In this document: in pieces, positions 1-12,931 of the stretch | How positions within the stretch are numbered: the first letter of the stretch is position 1 | Layout: each line of letters opens with the position of its first letter | Assembly: GCF_024521635.1 (NCBI RefSeq) | Contig: NW_026250421.1 | Coordinates: forward strand, 62,001-126,000 | From: Tricharina praecox | Lineage: Eukaryota | Length of the DNA: 64,000 bases | Direction of reading: 5' to 3' | Notes under the pieces: generated by a model | Told to the model about the DNA's origin: nothing | Seen by the model: only the letters and a program-made list of their open reading frames with translations | Databases searched by the model: none | Program-made: the position numbers and the translations under genes

Positions 1-1514
1 CTCCTTCTCCAACCAGTGGCCCACTGGGTGCGATTTCGAGAGACGACCGTGATCAAGCTGTCAATCGTTGGAACATGCTTCCGTCGCAAATTGACGCCGA
101 CGCTGCGGCTGCTCGCGAGATTAACCATGCGGCTCGACTTGCCCGCGAAGCCGAAGAGGCTGCGACCGGTATCAAGAAGCAGACTCCAACAATCAACTAC
201 GATATCGTTGAGGAGTTCAACGAATATCAGCTTGACGAGACTGGACCCAAGGTGGACAGAGCTCTCATCGCAAAGACCGTCAAGGAACGTAAAGATATCG
301 AAGATTCGAAGACGGCCATCGAGGCTTCCCAAGTTGGTGCCCGTGTCACTCAGGTGGACAGAGCTCTCATCCCGAAGACCGTGAGGGAACATAACGATAT
401 CGAAGTTTCGAAGAGGGCCATCGAGGCTTCCAAGGTTGGCGCCGGTATCTCCCCGAGCGAAGAAGTCAACAACAAGCTTGCTGCTATCCTCATGGCTCAC
501 AATCATCACCACCGCCAGCATGACGAAGCTGGATCCGAGACTCACAAGATTGGGAAGCTACCCGAGAATACCATTGCTATTCCAAAGGGTCCTGCTGGCA
601 CCAAGCCTTCTCGCTTCTTCCCTACACAGGCCAACAAGACAATCGCCGAGCACATCGCCGAGCACATGAAGCAGAACGAGGAGATCGCCAAACCCGCGGA
701 CGCCAAGCTTGGTCAGGCAGGATATCGCAAGAACGACAATCCGGTTCAGCGATCGTTCTCGCCACCTCCTCCGATGTCGGCAGACCATCCCGTCCATGGT
801 GCGACCAAGATCGCCCGTGTTCAACTTCCGGGCGGTGCTGGCATGCACACAGGGGGGGAGGAGCCGGGCCACAGTGGCACAATGAAGCGCTTCGAAGAAG
901 TTCAGCGCCGAATTTTGGCCGGTGTCCCAGGACATGCTGCTCCCGCCGTGCTCGGCCCTCCGGGTCTCTTCAAGGAAGGACGTGATCGGATGACGGTGGC
1001 CTCCAAGCCATCGTTTGACGATACTCCTGAGAAGCAGCTCAAGGTACCGACCGTGTCGTTGCCATGCAAGGTCGAGGAGTCTGCCGGTGACGTGAGCATG
1101 GTCACCGTGCTCGACAGTGAGGAGTTCATCACGGAGTTCTTCCAACAGGACTTCGGATCAACTCCGAACGTTAGGATTCCTCGGCCGGCACATGGCTTCG
1201 ATGTTCCCGCGGCAACCAACGGTAGAAATACCGTCAAGAGAGCTGCCGTCAAGGACGGAGTTCAGTCTGTGCCGTTGTACCACCCCTTCGGATTCAAGGA
1301 CTTCACCAATGGGCAAGGTGAAAAGTTCATTCCCATCCAGTTTCCTGGAGGGATCCGTAAGGAGGTGGCCTACAACGGGCAGCTGTTCTTCCCCGGAAGC
1401 GGTAGTGGTGGTAGCGGGGACAAGCGGGGCGGCAGGGGGTTCCCGAAGAAGAGGGGCGGTGGGCGCGGGGGGTACGCTGGTGGCTTCGGCCGGAAGAAGG
1501 CCCCAGAGGCCTAA
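1..1514 (+). CDS. Hypothetical low-complexity protein with C-terminal RGG/basic tail; probably 5'-truncated by the window edge
   Basis: ORF 75..1514 stays open upstream to position 3 with no stop. Codon usage looks coding. The product has a His run and ends KRGGRGFPKKRGGGRGGYAGGFGRKKAPEA*. Confidence 0.7.
   Translation, partial: PSPTSGPLGAISRDDRDQAVNRWNMLPSQIDADAAAAREINHAARLAREAEEAATGIKKQTPTINYDIVEEFNEYQLDETGPKVDRALIAKTVKERKDIEDSKTAIEASQVGARVTQVDRALIPKTVREHNDIEVSKRAIEASKVGAGISPSEEVNNKLAAILMAHNHHHRQHDEAGSETHKIGKLPENTIAIPKGPAGTKPSRFFPTQANKTIAEHIAEHMKQNEEIAKPADAKLGQAGYRKNDNPVQRSFSPPPPMSADHPVHGATKIARVQLPGGAGMHTGGEEPGHSGTMKRFEEVQRRILAGVPGHAAPAVLGPPGLFKEGRDRMTVASKPSFDDTPEKQLKVPTVSLPCKVEESAGDVSMVTVLDSEEFITEFFQQDFGSTPNVRIPRPAHGFDVPAATNGRNTVKRAAVKDGVQSVPLYHPFGFKDFTNGQGEKFIPIQFPGGIRKEVAYNGQLFFPGSGSGGSGDKRGGRGFPKKRGGGRGGYAGGFGRKKAPEA
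252..443 (+). repeat. In-frame 102-bp (34-aa) tandem duplication
   Basis: GTGGACAGAGCTCTCATC begins at both 252 and 354, encoding VDRALIAKTVKERKDIEDSKTAIEASQVGA and VDRALIPKTVREHNDIEVSKRAIEASKVGA. Confidence 0.9.
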
Positions 1515-2493
1515 ACGGTTGTCTGGAGGCGGGAGGGGGGAGGCGGAGGCGAGCGGGCGGGCGGAAGGACGGGCGGGGCATTGGGACGCTCGCGTCCATT
1601 TTTACCAATAAATTTTTTTTCCTTTAGTTTTCACTTCGTCTTCTTCTGTTCATTTTGTGCACTTTGTTTTCTTCATATTTTTACGACGGGCTAGGGATGG
1701 ATGGGGGAGTTTCTTACTGCTTGCATGCGTTCCTTGTTTTGGAGAGGTATCATTGTCGGAGTACGGATTTGACTGGGGCAAGGGCGCATCTTTTTGTGTG
1801 ATTTGCTATGGTCATGGCTGGGCCGCCATGAGGAGGTCGAGAGGCGCGGCAATCGGGGGAGTGTGTTTTTTTTCTTCTCTTTTCTTTCCTCTTTCATGGC
1901 AGCACAGTTAAGTTACCCATATAACGCAATGTACCTAACTCCTATGATATTGGAGGAACCGGCAAGTGGAATAGCATGGCATATTGATTTGATCATCTAC
2001 ATACGCATTGTGGTTTTCTATGGGGGAGGGGGGTTGTTTTTGCCTGACTCGAGGAGTAAGTTGGATACCGTTTCTGATTTCCATCCGCTCGTATTTTCTG
2101 CTATTTACTACCGTCATAAACGAGTGGGTGCGTCTATGACAACCAGATACTCGAGACTCGAGAGTCGAGGCATGAAGTGAGGTCGAGATATGCGTTGCAC
2201 TGGTTATCCGAGTACAGTTAGAATGGCTGCACGTTGTGTTACACGAGCCGACTGCCGGTGCTAGTACTAGTAATAATTAGCCCTGCCAAGTTGTCAGTAG
2301 ATAGAACGTTAAGCTTCGACCACTGCGCATGCAGGTCCGTCCGCCGACTTCACCCCATCCTCGATAACGACCACCCATCCTCCTTCCCACCCACACGACC
2401 GACTCGCCACCGTCCCTCCCGACACGGTAATATTCCGCCCCGCAGCATCAATACCCACCCTCATTCCGAAGACCACCCTCACCCACCGCCACC

Positions 2494-2920
2494 ATGAACG
2501 CGCCGGACCGGTAATCCCCCCATCCAACCACGCGTCCCCGGCACCCCCACTAACCTTTCCCTTCCTACCGCCCATAGATTCGAGCTCTTCCTCCTGGGCG
2601 ACGGGGAGGCAAAAGTAACGATGGAAGCGGACACGCGCCAGCCGAACACCGCGATCTTCACGTTCAACAAGGAGGACCACACGCTCGGGAACCTTCTTCG
2701 GGCCACTCTGCTGCACAACGAGCACGTCATCTACAGCGCCTACAAGATCCCCCACCCGCTTTTTCCAAAGTTCGAGCTGCGCGTGCAGACGGATGACGAT
2801 ACGACGCCGAAGGAGGCGCTGCTCCAGGCCTGCCAGGGACTCATTGCGGATTTGCAAATACTCAGTGGGAAACTCACTAGGGAGTGGGAACTCAATAAGA
2901 TCGCGAGGGATACGACATAG
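2494..2920 (+). CDS. RPB11: DNA-directed RNA polymerase II subunit RPB11 (2 exons)
   Basis: MNAPDR|FELFLLGDGE...FNKEDHTLGNLLR...YKIPHPLFPKFELRVQT; intron 2511-2577 (GTAATC...CTAAC...TAG). Confidence 0.97.
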
Positions 2921-3861
2921 TGCTGCGGACGACTTCTGCTGGGGCTGGGGCTGGGGCTGGGGCTGGCGCGCGCGGTTGTAAGGGAATTGAGGGGTCAGAG
3001 AGGTGGGCTGGGAAGACGGGCGACGATTTGATGAATACGATATGGGGGATTCCCTTTTTTCTGGCTTCTTTTCTTTTCTTCTTTGCATTTCTTCTGTTTC
3101 TGTTGAATTCCATTGGCTTTTCCTTTCTAGCTACAATAGACGACACAGATGGACATTGATCTTGCGGTTTGGCTGTGGTTGGTTCACAGGTTCGAGGGAA
3201 GTCAATTGGAACTCTCGTCCGAAACCGAAGAAGCCCTGGGCTGGGCTATAATAATGGAGTCCGGACAGGTAAGGATCATTAGAACAACAGTACAATTTTT
3301 CTACACTGTGAACGCACGTCTTGGTTGGGCTGGGATGTACCTATTCGCAAAGCGCCACTATTGAAGCCTCGCAGTAAACTACCTATACGTCTATCTACCG
3401 TGAACGATAGCGTTACAGTAGATCGTGCCCTCTTGTTCCGCCTTACAGTCGTCGGTCTTATTTCCATTGACTCAGGGGTTTCGGAGGACCCACTGGGCGC
3501 AGCGAAGTCGAGGACGGACGGCCTCGAGGGAGCGAGCCGCCGCGATATAGTAGACGAGGCGAGAGCCGAGTGTAAACGAAGCGGAGTGATCTGTGGCGCG
3601 AAGCAGCCACAATTTACAAACCAGCAACCAAAGACCCAGGCGAAGCAATGGGTAAAAAATATACAGAACGAAGAGTGGACTCATGGAGGACGCTCAAAAC
3701 AGTAAAAGATATAGCCCAGTTCCTGATAAGAATAATAAAAGCAGCAAAGAATGAAACCCCCAAACGCCAAAACAATCCCTCCCACATTGAATGAGCCCCC
3801 TCCCCCGGGACCTCTCTCACAACAAAAGTACGAGCGAATGGTATCCTCCTCCGCGCAAAGG

Positions 3862-5698
3862 TTACAGAACCACCTTCCCATCAGCATCACAAAACAGATC
3901 ATCCACCTCAAACGCCCTATACGGGGTAGTGGGGAGATGGCAAGTCGTAATACTATTCCTGTACGCAACCGCGGCATCAATGACCGCGTCACTATCCGTA
4001 GGCTTGCCACAGACATCGCGCATTTCGATCTTCGTCCACTGCGGCAGATCCGCCTGCGGCAGGAGCTCGAGAAACGACTTCTCCAGTAGCCGCGCCTCGG
4101 GCTTGCTGCGGCCGGCGTGCGACGGGATTTCGCTGTGCACGCGTGCGAGCGTCTCCTTGAAGCTGGGGTAGAGCATGGTGTAGCCGCGGGCGCGCGCGAG
4201 GGAGGTGAAGGTCGAGTGCCAGCTGCTCGTGAGCGCGGCGGGGAGCGCGAATGTGGCCGGCGCGGGCGCGGTGAGGTTGCGTTTACCCGGGTTCGACGGG
4301 GGGTTGAGGATGTGTGACAGGTAGGAGTGGAATTCGGTCCAGTGCTGCGGGAAGAAAAGCGCTGCGCGGGAGGTGGGGAGGGGATAGAGGAAGGGTGCGT
4401 TGGTGTGCGGGAGGGCGGGGGAGGAAGCGCCGGTGAGATCCGTGGGTGGGGATTCGAGGGAGATGCCGTACAGCGTGCTCGCGTCGGTGGATTGGTAGAA
4501 GGAGTAGCGGTATTCGAGGGTGGTATAGAGAAGGTAGTGGCAGTACCATTTTGACAGTTCGGTATTGGGGTCGAGGAACAGAACCGAGTGGTCTTCACTC
4601 AGAGTGTAGAAGGACTCGACATAATTGCGGGCAGCCGCTTGCGGGTCATCTTTAGGGAGTAGTGGCCGCTTGATGCTGATCCGGGACTGTTCTGGGAAGC
4701 TGTAGCTCCGTAGAAAATCCTTCAGGAAGGGGTGGATGGGCACGAAAGGGTCCAGGACGATGGTTATACGCTTTGGATGGTGCTCTTTCGAGGGGTAGTA
4801 AGCATTCTGGATGGATTTGAGGAGTCGCTCGAGATTGCCCGTGTGTGTATCGGCGTGTATCACGATCTCGAAGGTAGGCGTGTGCCATGCTGCGACCCAT
4901 CAGTAGGTGGATTTTACAGTTAGACCAAACGATTTTACCATTTAGTGACCCGCTGTCCAACCTCGTGAGCCACTTCAGGTCATCCACAGAGTTCGCGCCC
5001 AGCTCAATCAATGTCCTCTTCATCTGCACTGACTTTTCCCTGACAATCTCTAAAAACCACTCTTCCTCATTTAGTGTATCCACGAGGAAAGCCTGCGGGT
5101 ATATAAACTCGTTGATGTGCCGCAGCGCGCTCTTGGTCGCGACTACCCTCCTCTCCGCCGATAACAGTTCCGCATTATCAGGGCGCGCATCGTGGAGGAA
5201 GACCCTACAGCCCTTTGTCTCGTCGTACTCATCCTCCTCCACCGCCGGCAATCCATTGATTCTCCGAAAATCATTCAGATCGAAAGTATCAAACCCCATC
5301 AAGGCTAGGTGCACGTTGCTGCGCCTGTATTCCGCCATGTCGCAAGCAATTCCCGCCATCTTACTCGCCGCCGTCAAGTTTCCGGTCACAAACACGACGT
5401 TACGATTCCATTTCCTTGAGGCGCCATTGCCGACAACCCGCTGGAGCGTCGAGTAGAGGTTCGGAAATCGAAGCGGGATAAACGGTTCGGGGGCTTTGAA
5501 AAAGCTGCCGGCATCGGGAACAGTCCATCGTGTGGCTGAATGGACGAGGAAGTAGACGGTAGCGAGCACTACGGCCCAGCAGAGATACGTAGCTCTCCTC
5601 GTTCGGCGCGGCAGTCGGAAGGATGATGATGTTGCTGACCGCGAATTCCAATCTTTCTCCCACTCAAGATCGTCGCGGTCAAGTGGGGGAGAAGCCAT
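3862..5698 (-). CDS. Type II membrane protein of the fungal 'glycosyltransferase 2'-like family (2 exons)
   Basis: N-terminal TM segment (YLCWAVVLATVYFLV). Intron 4890-4938 joins the two long ORFs in frame (GSLN|AWHTPTFEIVIHAD). Contains ESFY...VLFLDPNTELSKWY...YLLYTTLEYRYS. Confidence 0.7.
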
Positions 5699-6145
5699 CC
5701 CGGCCCAGGTGGGTACGACGTTGGCGGTTTGTCCGGTAAGAAGGACCGATAGGTCGTGCTGAAGCCGAAGAAATAAAGGCGGAGAATGTGTTAGCTATTT
5801 CTTGGTGAGATGCGCGGATTTTGTGTGGAGACGGTCGGTTTGACTGATCGACGTTAATACATTATGCTGCTGTCTTGCCTCGTTAGGAACAGAGCTCCTG
5901 CTGAGTAACCTCGTCATTAGTGCGTAGCCAAGCGACTACTCTCAGCGTTCCCGCCGCCGCCTCTCCTCCACCACAACTCAACCCAACAACCCCATCACCA
6001 CCAAACAATCTACATCCATCATCAACACATCTCGAATCCCATCGACACACCCCCGCGAACTTGCTTTTGAACCCCCGAGCTTCCCTTCAGTTCCGATCCA
6101 CAGCAACACCCCACCCACGAACCTTACCCCCACTACACTGCCGTC

Positions 6146-9100
6146 ATGGCGAAGGAAGCGGAGAAACCCACCGACAAGGGCAAGGGAAAGGTTGTCGACG
6201 CTCCCGGGAAGGATAAGGCCGCAACGGGAAAAGATGGTGATAAGAAGGACAAGAAAGATGAGGTCACAGAAGGTGGGCGAACAACGGCGTGATTGGCGGT
6301 GCTGCGGTGGTGCTGCGGAGCTTGCTAACTCGCCGACAGAGCTGTCCGAGGAGGACCAGCAGCTCAAGTCCGACCTTGAGATGCTTGTACAGAGGTTAGA
6401 GGTTTGTTCGGCTGCTCTAGCTTGTGATGCGGGCCAATGCTGATACCTGCGACTGTCTTAGGAGGGCAACAAAGAGCTGTACAAACCTTCGCTCGAGCAG
6501 ATCAGAGACTTCATCAGGACGTCGACGTCCTCTATGACAGCCGTTCCAAAACCACTCAAATTCCTCCGTCCCCACTACGACACCCTTACAGCTCTCCATG
6601 ACAAGTGGGAGGAGGGTGAAGACAAGGTGCGTTGGAAGCCACAGACGCCCCCGCTTCCCTATACACTTCTGACGGTGTCTAGGTTGCATTCGCCGACGTC
6701 TTGTCGGTACTGGGCATGACATATTCGGACGAAACCCGACTGGACTCCCTAAAATACCGACTCCTTGCGCCAACGAAGGATCCCGGCGCCTGGGGCCACG
6801 AGTACGTAAGGCACTTGGCCCTCGAGATCGGTACCGAGTATGCGAGGAGGGCTTCCAGCGACCAGTCTGCGAAGGACTTGGTCGACCTAGCTTTGTCGCT
6901 GGTTCCGTTCTTCCTGAAGCACAATGCCGAGGCAGACGCTGCCGATCTCCTCTTCGAGGTCGAGAGCATTCCCAAGATTGCCGATTTCGTGGACGAGAAC
7001 ACCTATGCCCGTGTGTGTTTGTACATGGTTAGGTATGTTTTCCCGGACAAAGTGGAATCACAGTCATTCTTGATGCTCATTGAAATTTCAGCATGGTGCC
7101 GCTACTCGCAATTCCGGACGATACCACAACCTTGGTTACGGCGCACACGATTTACCGCAAATACGGCCAGCTGGCGCAGGCTATGACCATGGCAATCCGC
7201 CTCAACGATGTGGACATGATTCAGCAGGATTTCAATGCGACGGAGGACTCGGCGCTCAAGAAACAGCTTGCTTTCTTAATCGCACGACAAGGGATTGCCA
7301 TCGAAACTGATGATGAGGAGATTGCCGAGTGTCTGAACAACGCTCGTCTCTCGGAACACTTCCTTGCTTTGGGCAAAGAGCTCAACATCCTCGACCCCAA
7401 GACACCCGAAGAAATCTACAAGTCACACTTGGAAAATACTCGGGGGCCTGGAGCTTCGGTGGATAGTGCAAAGCAGAATCTTGCCAACAGTTTCGTGAAT
7501 GGCTTTATCAACGCCGGTTTCACCACTGACAAGCTCATGCTCACGGACGAAGACAGTAACAGCTGGGTGTACAAGAACAAGGATGCCGGTATGTTGAGTG
7601 CGACGGCTAGCATTGGAATGATTCACCAGTGGAACGTGGAAGTCGGTCTTGGTGTTATCGACCGATTCGCCGAAGCTCCGGAGGATTACATTAAGGTTAG
7701 ATTTCTTTTGAGAACTGTGTCTTTCTTGTCCTGGGTAGCTAATCACTCGTACCGCAGGCTGGAGCCGCCTTGGCTGTCGGAATTGTCAATTCGGGTGTGC
7801 GGTCAGATTCGGATCCCGCTATGGCACTGCTGTGCGATCCGCAGTACATCCACAGTGAAGTTCCTGCAATCAAGAAGATGGCGGTCATGGGACTTGGCTT
7901 GGCGTACGCTGGATCGCAGAAGGACGACCTGCGGGAATGGCTCCAACCGATCTTAGCTGACCCCTCTTCGACCCTCGAGAGCTCGGCTATGGCAGCATTG
8001 TCGCTTGGTTTGATATTTGTTGGTTCGGGTGACGGTGACATCGCTGGATTCATTTTACAGGCCATAACGGAGCTCGATGAGACGCAGCTCAAGGACAAAT
8101 GGAGCCAATTCTACTCCCTTGGGTTGGCACTGCTGTATGTTGGCAGGCAGGAGGACGCGGACGCCACCCTGGAGGTTTTGAAGGCGGCACCACAGCCAAT
8201 TGGCAAGGCCACCGGCGTGCTGGTCGATGCTTGCGCATACGCCGGCACCGGAAATGTCGTGAGGTATCAGAGCTTGTTAGTGCTCTGCAACGCGCATATT
8301 GATGCCGATGAAGACAACAAGGGTGAGGATCTGTACCAGGCTTACGCTGTCCTCGGAATGGCTCTCATTACCATGGGTGAGGATATCGGTGCTGAGATGG
8401 CTCTGAGGGCATTTGGACATCTGATGCACTACGGTGATCCCGTGATCAGAAAGATGGTTCCTTTGGCCATGGCTTTCCTCAACGCATCAAACCCCCAGAT
8501 GAAGGTGTACGACACTCTTTCCCGGTACTCCCACGATAACGATATCGATGTCGCAATCAACGCCATCTTTGCTATGGGTCTCGTCGGTGCCGGTTCCAAC
8601 AATGCTAGATTAGCACAGTTGCTGCGACAGCTGGCGAGCTATTACCACCGCGACCCCAATGCCCTCTTCATGGTGCGGATTGCCCAGGGTCTGCTCCACA
8701 TGGGCAAGGGAACTCTTAACATCAATCCCTTCCACACCGAGCGAAGTGTTTTGAGTAGAGTATCTGTCGCATCTCTGTTGACGGTGCTCGTGAGCTTAAC
8801 GGATGCCCAAAGCTGTAAGTTGCACCCACCCCGAATACTTTATGACGATATGTGCTAATCCGCGATTGTGCTTTCCAGTCATCTTGGACCAGCATCATTA
8901 CCTTCTCTACTTTATTGTGCCGGCGATGCATCCCCGCTTCCTGATCACCTTGGACGAGGACATGAAGCCACTGCCTGTTAGCGTGCGAGTTGGACAAGCG
9001 GTCGATGTCGTTGGGCAAGCTGGTCGACCAAAGACGATCACCGGATGGCAGACACACAACACGCCGGTGTTATTGTCGTATGGTGAGAGAGCTGAGCTGG

Positions 9101-9248
9101 AGGACGAGGAGTATATCGCGCAGAGCCACACCCTGGAGGGGCTGGTTGTACTAAAGGTAGATATCCCTCCCATCCCACTTCTTTGCTATTGGCAGACATT
9201 AACAACTTTGATTAGAAAAATCCGAAGTGGCAGGGCGCGGAAAATTAG
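6146..9248 (+). CDS. RPN1: 26S proteasome regulatory subunit RPN1 (multi-exon)
   Basis: [53 protein letters not shown] repeats, [25 protein letters not shown]. The last exon, 9216-9248, encodes [10 protein letters not shown]. Confidence 0.97.
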
Positions 9249-9865
9249 GACAATTGGACTTAGTATGGCATTTGTGTTCACGAATAGATGTGGTTTTTCT
9301 CTTCGCGTTTTTCTCTAGTTGTGAGGGTGATCGTTCTCACTTTGATGCTGTAAAGTATTGTCCTTATGAGGTATAAACTTTCCCTGGAACGGACACTCTG
9401 ACATTGTAATTTCTGGGCTCTGTGAAACCCGAAACATCAAACAACTGACGGCGTAAATATATCCATCACATTCTTTCACTCGGATTTTCACAACATCGTG
9501 AAAATCCAGAGATTTCAGTGTGAGGTCGCCATTGTCTAAATAAGCCGTATGCGACAATAAATTAATGTTCTCTCTCCCAAAGACCGATCAAAGCGGGGTG
9601 GCGTGCAAAATGCCGCAAAACCAGGCAGTGCTATTCAATGGCCTCACTCAATCGTACTATGTAGCTACAAGCTATTGCCAAACTGCCAACTGATCGCTGC
9701 TACCGCCCTCCTGTTCCAGAAGCATCAACACCTCAGAAGACCAAGTCATCGGGTGCCCTCCATATCCGAGCAACTAGGCAATCGAGTGTCAACCATGATA
9801 TCAAGAATTCGCGTCTACCAACACACCAAGAACTCCCAAATGACCCCTCAAGCTGGAGTCCCACA

Positions 9866-10885
9866 TTATTTCGCAAAAGCACCCCCAACACTGCCAATGC
9901 TCCGCCGCTTAACAGTTCCTCTTCCACTTAGCCAGGTACTCTTTGTGTTAACCACCCTCTTGTTCGCTGGCGGCATCATGATTTTGCGCGCTTTCTTGTC
10001 ATCCTGCAAAACCTTGACACTCACGGGGCCCTTCTTGAACTCCATTTTCGCCTTCCTGGCCGCTCGTTTCCTCCTATTCCTTTCTGTCTTTCCTGACGAG
10101 AGCTCCTCGTCAACCATCATGCCGTCGCCCTCAAAATCATCAAAATCCAAGCCATCTTCAGAATCGCCCTCGTCGTCAAAGCCGAAGTCGCCGGCGCGTT
10201 TATGCGTCCGCGGCGGGGGAGATGGGCGGTCGGCTACCTTTTCCAGGAGTGACGCGGGGAGGAGTGTTGGGCCTTTGTTCTTTGACGTGGTGGTGAGTTG
10301 TTGGTCCGCGGGGGTTTCGTCGCCGTTGTCGGGGGTCTTCTCCTCGTCCTCCTTCTCTTCGACAGCGGGCTCGGGAACTGCCTCGACGGTCTTTGCAGGT
10401 GCTACTTTTCGTCGCTTTGCTGCCGATTTTTTCTGCTCTTTGAGGAGTGTTTCCCGCTGTTTCCGCTTCTGTCGGGCGGCCTTTTCCTGGCTGAGCGTCT
10501 GATCAGCGGGGCTTGTCTGCAAGCGCTGCAGAATTCCTTACACTTCGATCGCCTTTTTGGCATCTTCCTCCCTCTTTTTCGCCGCCTCTCGTCCCGAGCC
10601 CATGGTCACAGCCTCTGGCGCATCATCGTCGGAGTCGTCCTCATCCTCCGCTTCCTCGCTGTCTTCGTTTTCCGCCTCTTTTTCCTCATTGAGCGCTACA
10701 CCGCCGCCCACTGTAATATCCTCCTCCTCGTCCTCGTCCTCGCTATCGAATCTCTTGTGGCCCTTCGGCTTTGCCTTTCCGGAGACTTTCCCGTCGCTTT
10801 TGGCGCAATTGGTTGCGGCAGCCGCAACAGGTTCGTTTGCCGTGCTCTGACGTTGCTTCTGCTGCCTCCGTGTGGTTGGAGCCAT
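9866..10885 (-). CDS. U3 snoRNA-associated protein, Bud21/Utp16-like (2 exons)
   Basis: MAPTTRRQQK start, HKRFDSE, an acidic tract followed by DDDAPEAVT, LLPASLL, and KKGPVSVKVL. Intron 10491-10541. Confidence 0.65.
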
Positions 10886-11271
10886 GTTTTCAAGGGCAGT
10901 GTTGGAGTAGGTTTCAGTTGTGATGTGTTGGTGGTGGCTGTTTTTTTTTAATAGAGAGAGCCGAAGTAGAGAGCTTTTTCTTTTAATTGCGACCCCCAGG
11001 GCCAAGACTTCACACATCCTTGCCACAATTCTTTGAACCTTCTGCTTAAGAGGAATTGATTAAGGTTCCTGCCCATGTATTTCGTCACTCACGGGCAGCA
11101 TCCATACCAGTATCGTCCCGAGTAACAAGCCAACTCACGCTCTCAGACAAACACCTGGCAACTAATATCAACCCGTCGACAAAGTAAGGAAAATCCGAGA
11201 ATCTCCAGCTTTCTCTCGCCTTCCCACAAATAATTCTCTCATCAATCGTTAGCACCTTCAGCTTCATCACA

Positions 11272-12870
11272 ATGGCCCAGCCCCAACGCCAGCAACGCCA
11301 GCAACAGCAGCAACAGCAGCCGCAGCGCAACAGAAAATATGATCTCGTCGTTTTCGGAGCAACAGGTTACACGGGCAAGCTCACCAGCGAACAGGTCCTA
11401 CAGGGCACGCCCTCGACTCTAAGATGGGCCATTGCCGGCCGCTCGCCTCAGAAGCTAGAGCTTCTAGCTCACGAATACAACCGTCTCTATCCTGACCGTG
11501 TTCCCGTTGGTGCGCTCGGTATTGGTTCTCGGGCACAGCATTGTCAGCTAAACATGTGGTAGAAATCTACATTGCCGACCTGAGCGAATTCTCTGTCGAG
11601 CGTCTTGCGTCGTGTACCCGTCTCCTCATCTCTACTGTCGGCCCATTCATCAAATACGGAACTCCGGTGCTGGAAGCTTGCGCGGTCTACGGAACCCACT
11701 ATGTCGACTGTACCGGCGAGTACCCGTGGGTCTACGAGATGATCAAGAGGTGCCATAAGACCGCGAAGCGCAAGGGAGCGATCGTATGCACTTTCTTCCT
11801 CGCAAGGCTGTGGCCGGGCAGTTCTGATGATGTAGATTATCCCACAAGCTGGGTTCGAGTCGGCGCCTATAGATTGGGGCACCTATGCTCTAGTCAAAGC
11901 TGTGAGAGATGAGCTCGGTGTCGGCGTCACGGATGTTACTTTCTCGGTGCACAATTTGAAGTGAGTGCTCGTGTGTCCGATATCACACCCGCAACGGCTG
12001 ACGGAATAATTTATAGGGGCCAGTTCAGCGGTGGAACTGTCGAGGTTCGATACATTCCTGCACTTCGCGTACTGGATCGACAATTTCAACTGACAGCTGT
12101 ATGTAGACGGCAATGACGGTGTTCGAGCATGCCACCCTCCAGGAACTTCACGAAGCGTCGCAATTCGATGCCCTCTCGCCCATCAAGGGTCCCGAGCAGC
12201 CTTTCCGCTATCCCATCCGCAAAGATGAGGACCTTGGACTCTTGACGTCATGGATCAACAATTCCGGTGACAGATCGGTCGTGTTCCGCAGTTGGGGCTT
12301 GTTGGATGGCGGCAAGTACTATGGCGAGCAGTTTACGTGGAAGGAGTACATGAGGGTTACCAGCTACATAACAGCATTCATCTGGATGTTACTGATGAAT
12401 GTGGCTGTCATCATTCCGCTCATCTCACCGCTGAGGTTGCTCCAACTATTCCTGGCAGGTGTAGATCCGTTCTGACAGAAACAGATGGCTTGTGAGGAAA
12501 CTGTTCCATCCCGGTCAGGGCGAAGGCCCAAGTGAAGAGTAATGTGCACAAGTTTCCAGGTGTTGGAGCAATCGCTGACGAAAACTACAGAGCACGCCGC
12601 ACTCACAGCGTTGAGTGGCGCGGTGTAGCCATCGCCGATGAGGATACGGATACGCCTCGCAAGGCATTCGTCCGAGTCCACAGCACGATAGACGCCTACA
12701 CTCTGACCGCCGTGTGCCTGGTGCAAGCTGCCAACAGCATCCTGTTCAACAAAAACACCATGGCCGCCGAGATGGGAGGAGGTATTCTGACGCCCGCGTG
12801 TTTGGCATCTCCAGAACTTTTTAGGCTACTCGATCGTGCGGGACTCAAGATCGAGACGAAGATTATCTAG
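11272..12870 (+). CDS. Saccharopine dehydrogenase-like oxidoreductase (multi-exon)
   Basis: YDLVVFGATGYTGKL Rossmann motif, WAIAGRS, STVGPF..YGTPVLEAC, HYVDCTGE, and C-terminal GGILTPA. Confidence 0.9.
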
Positions 12871-12931
12871 TCTAGGAGAAGTAGGCTGCGGAGTTTTTTA
12901 GAATCGAGTTGCTTGTTGCTTGTTATACATA

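Noticed and set aside
9603..10502. 299-aa plus-strand ORF, and similar ORFs at 2309-3088, 3681-4598, 14517-15341 and 34305-35129
   Set aside because: These are antisense or alternative-frame shadows of real GC-rich genes.
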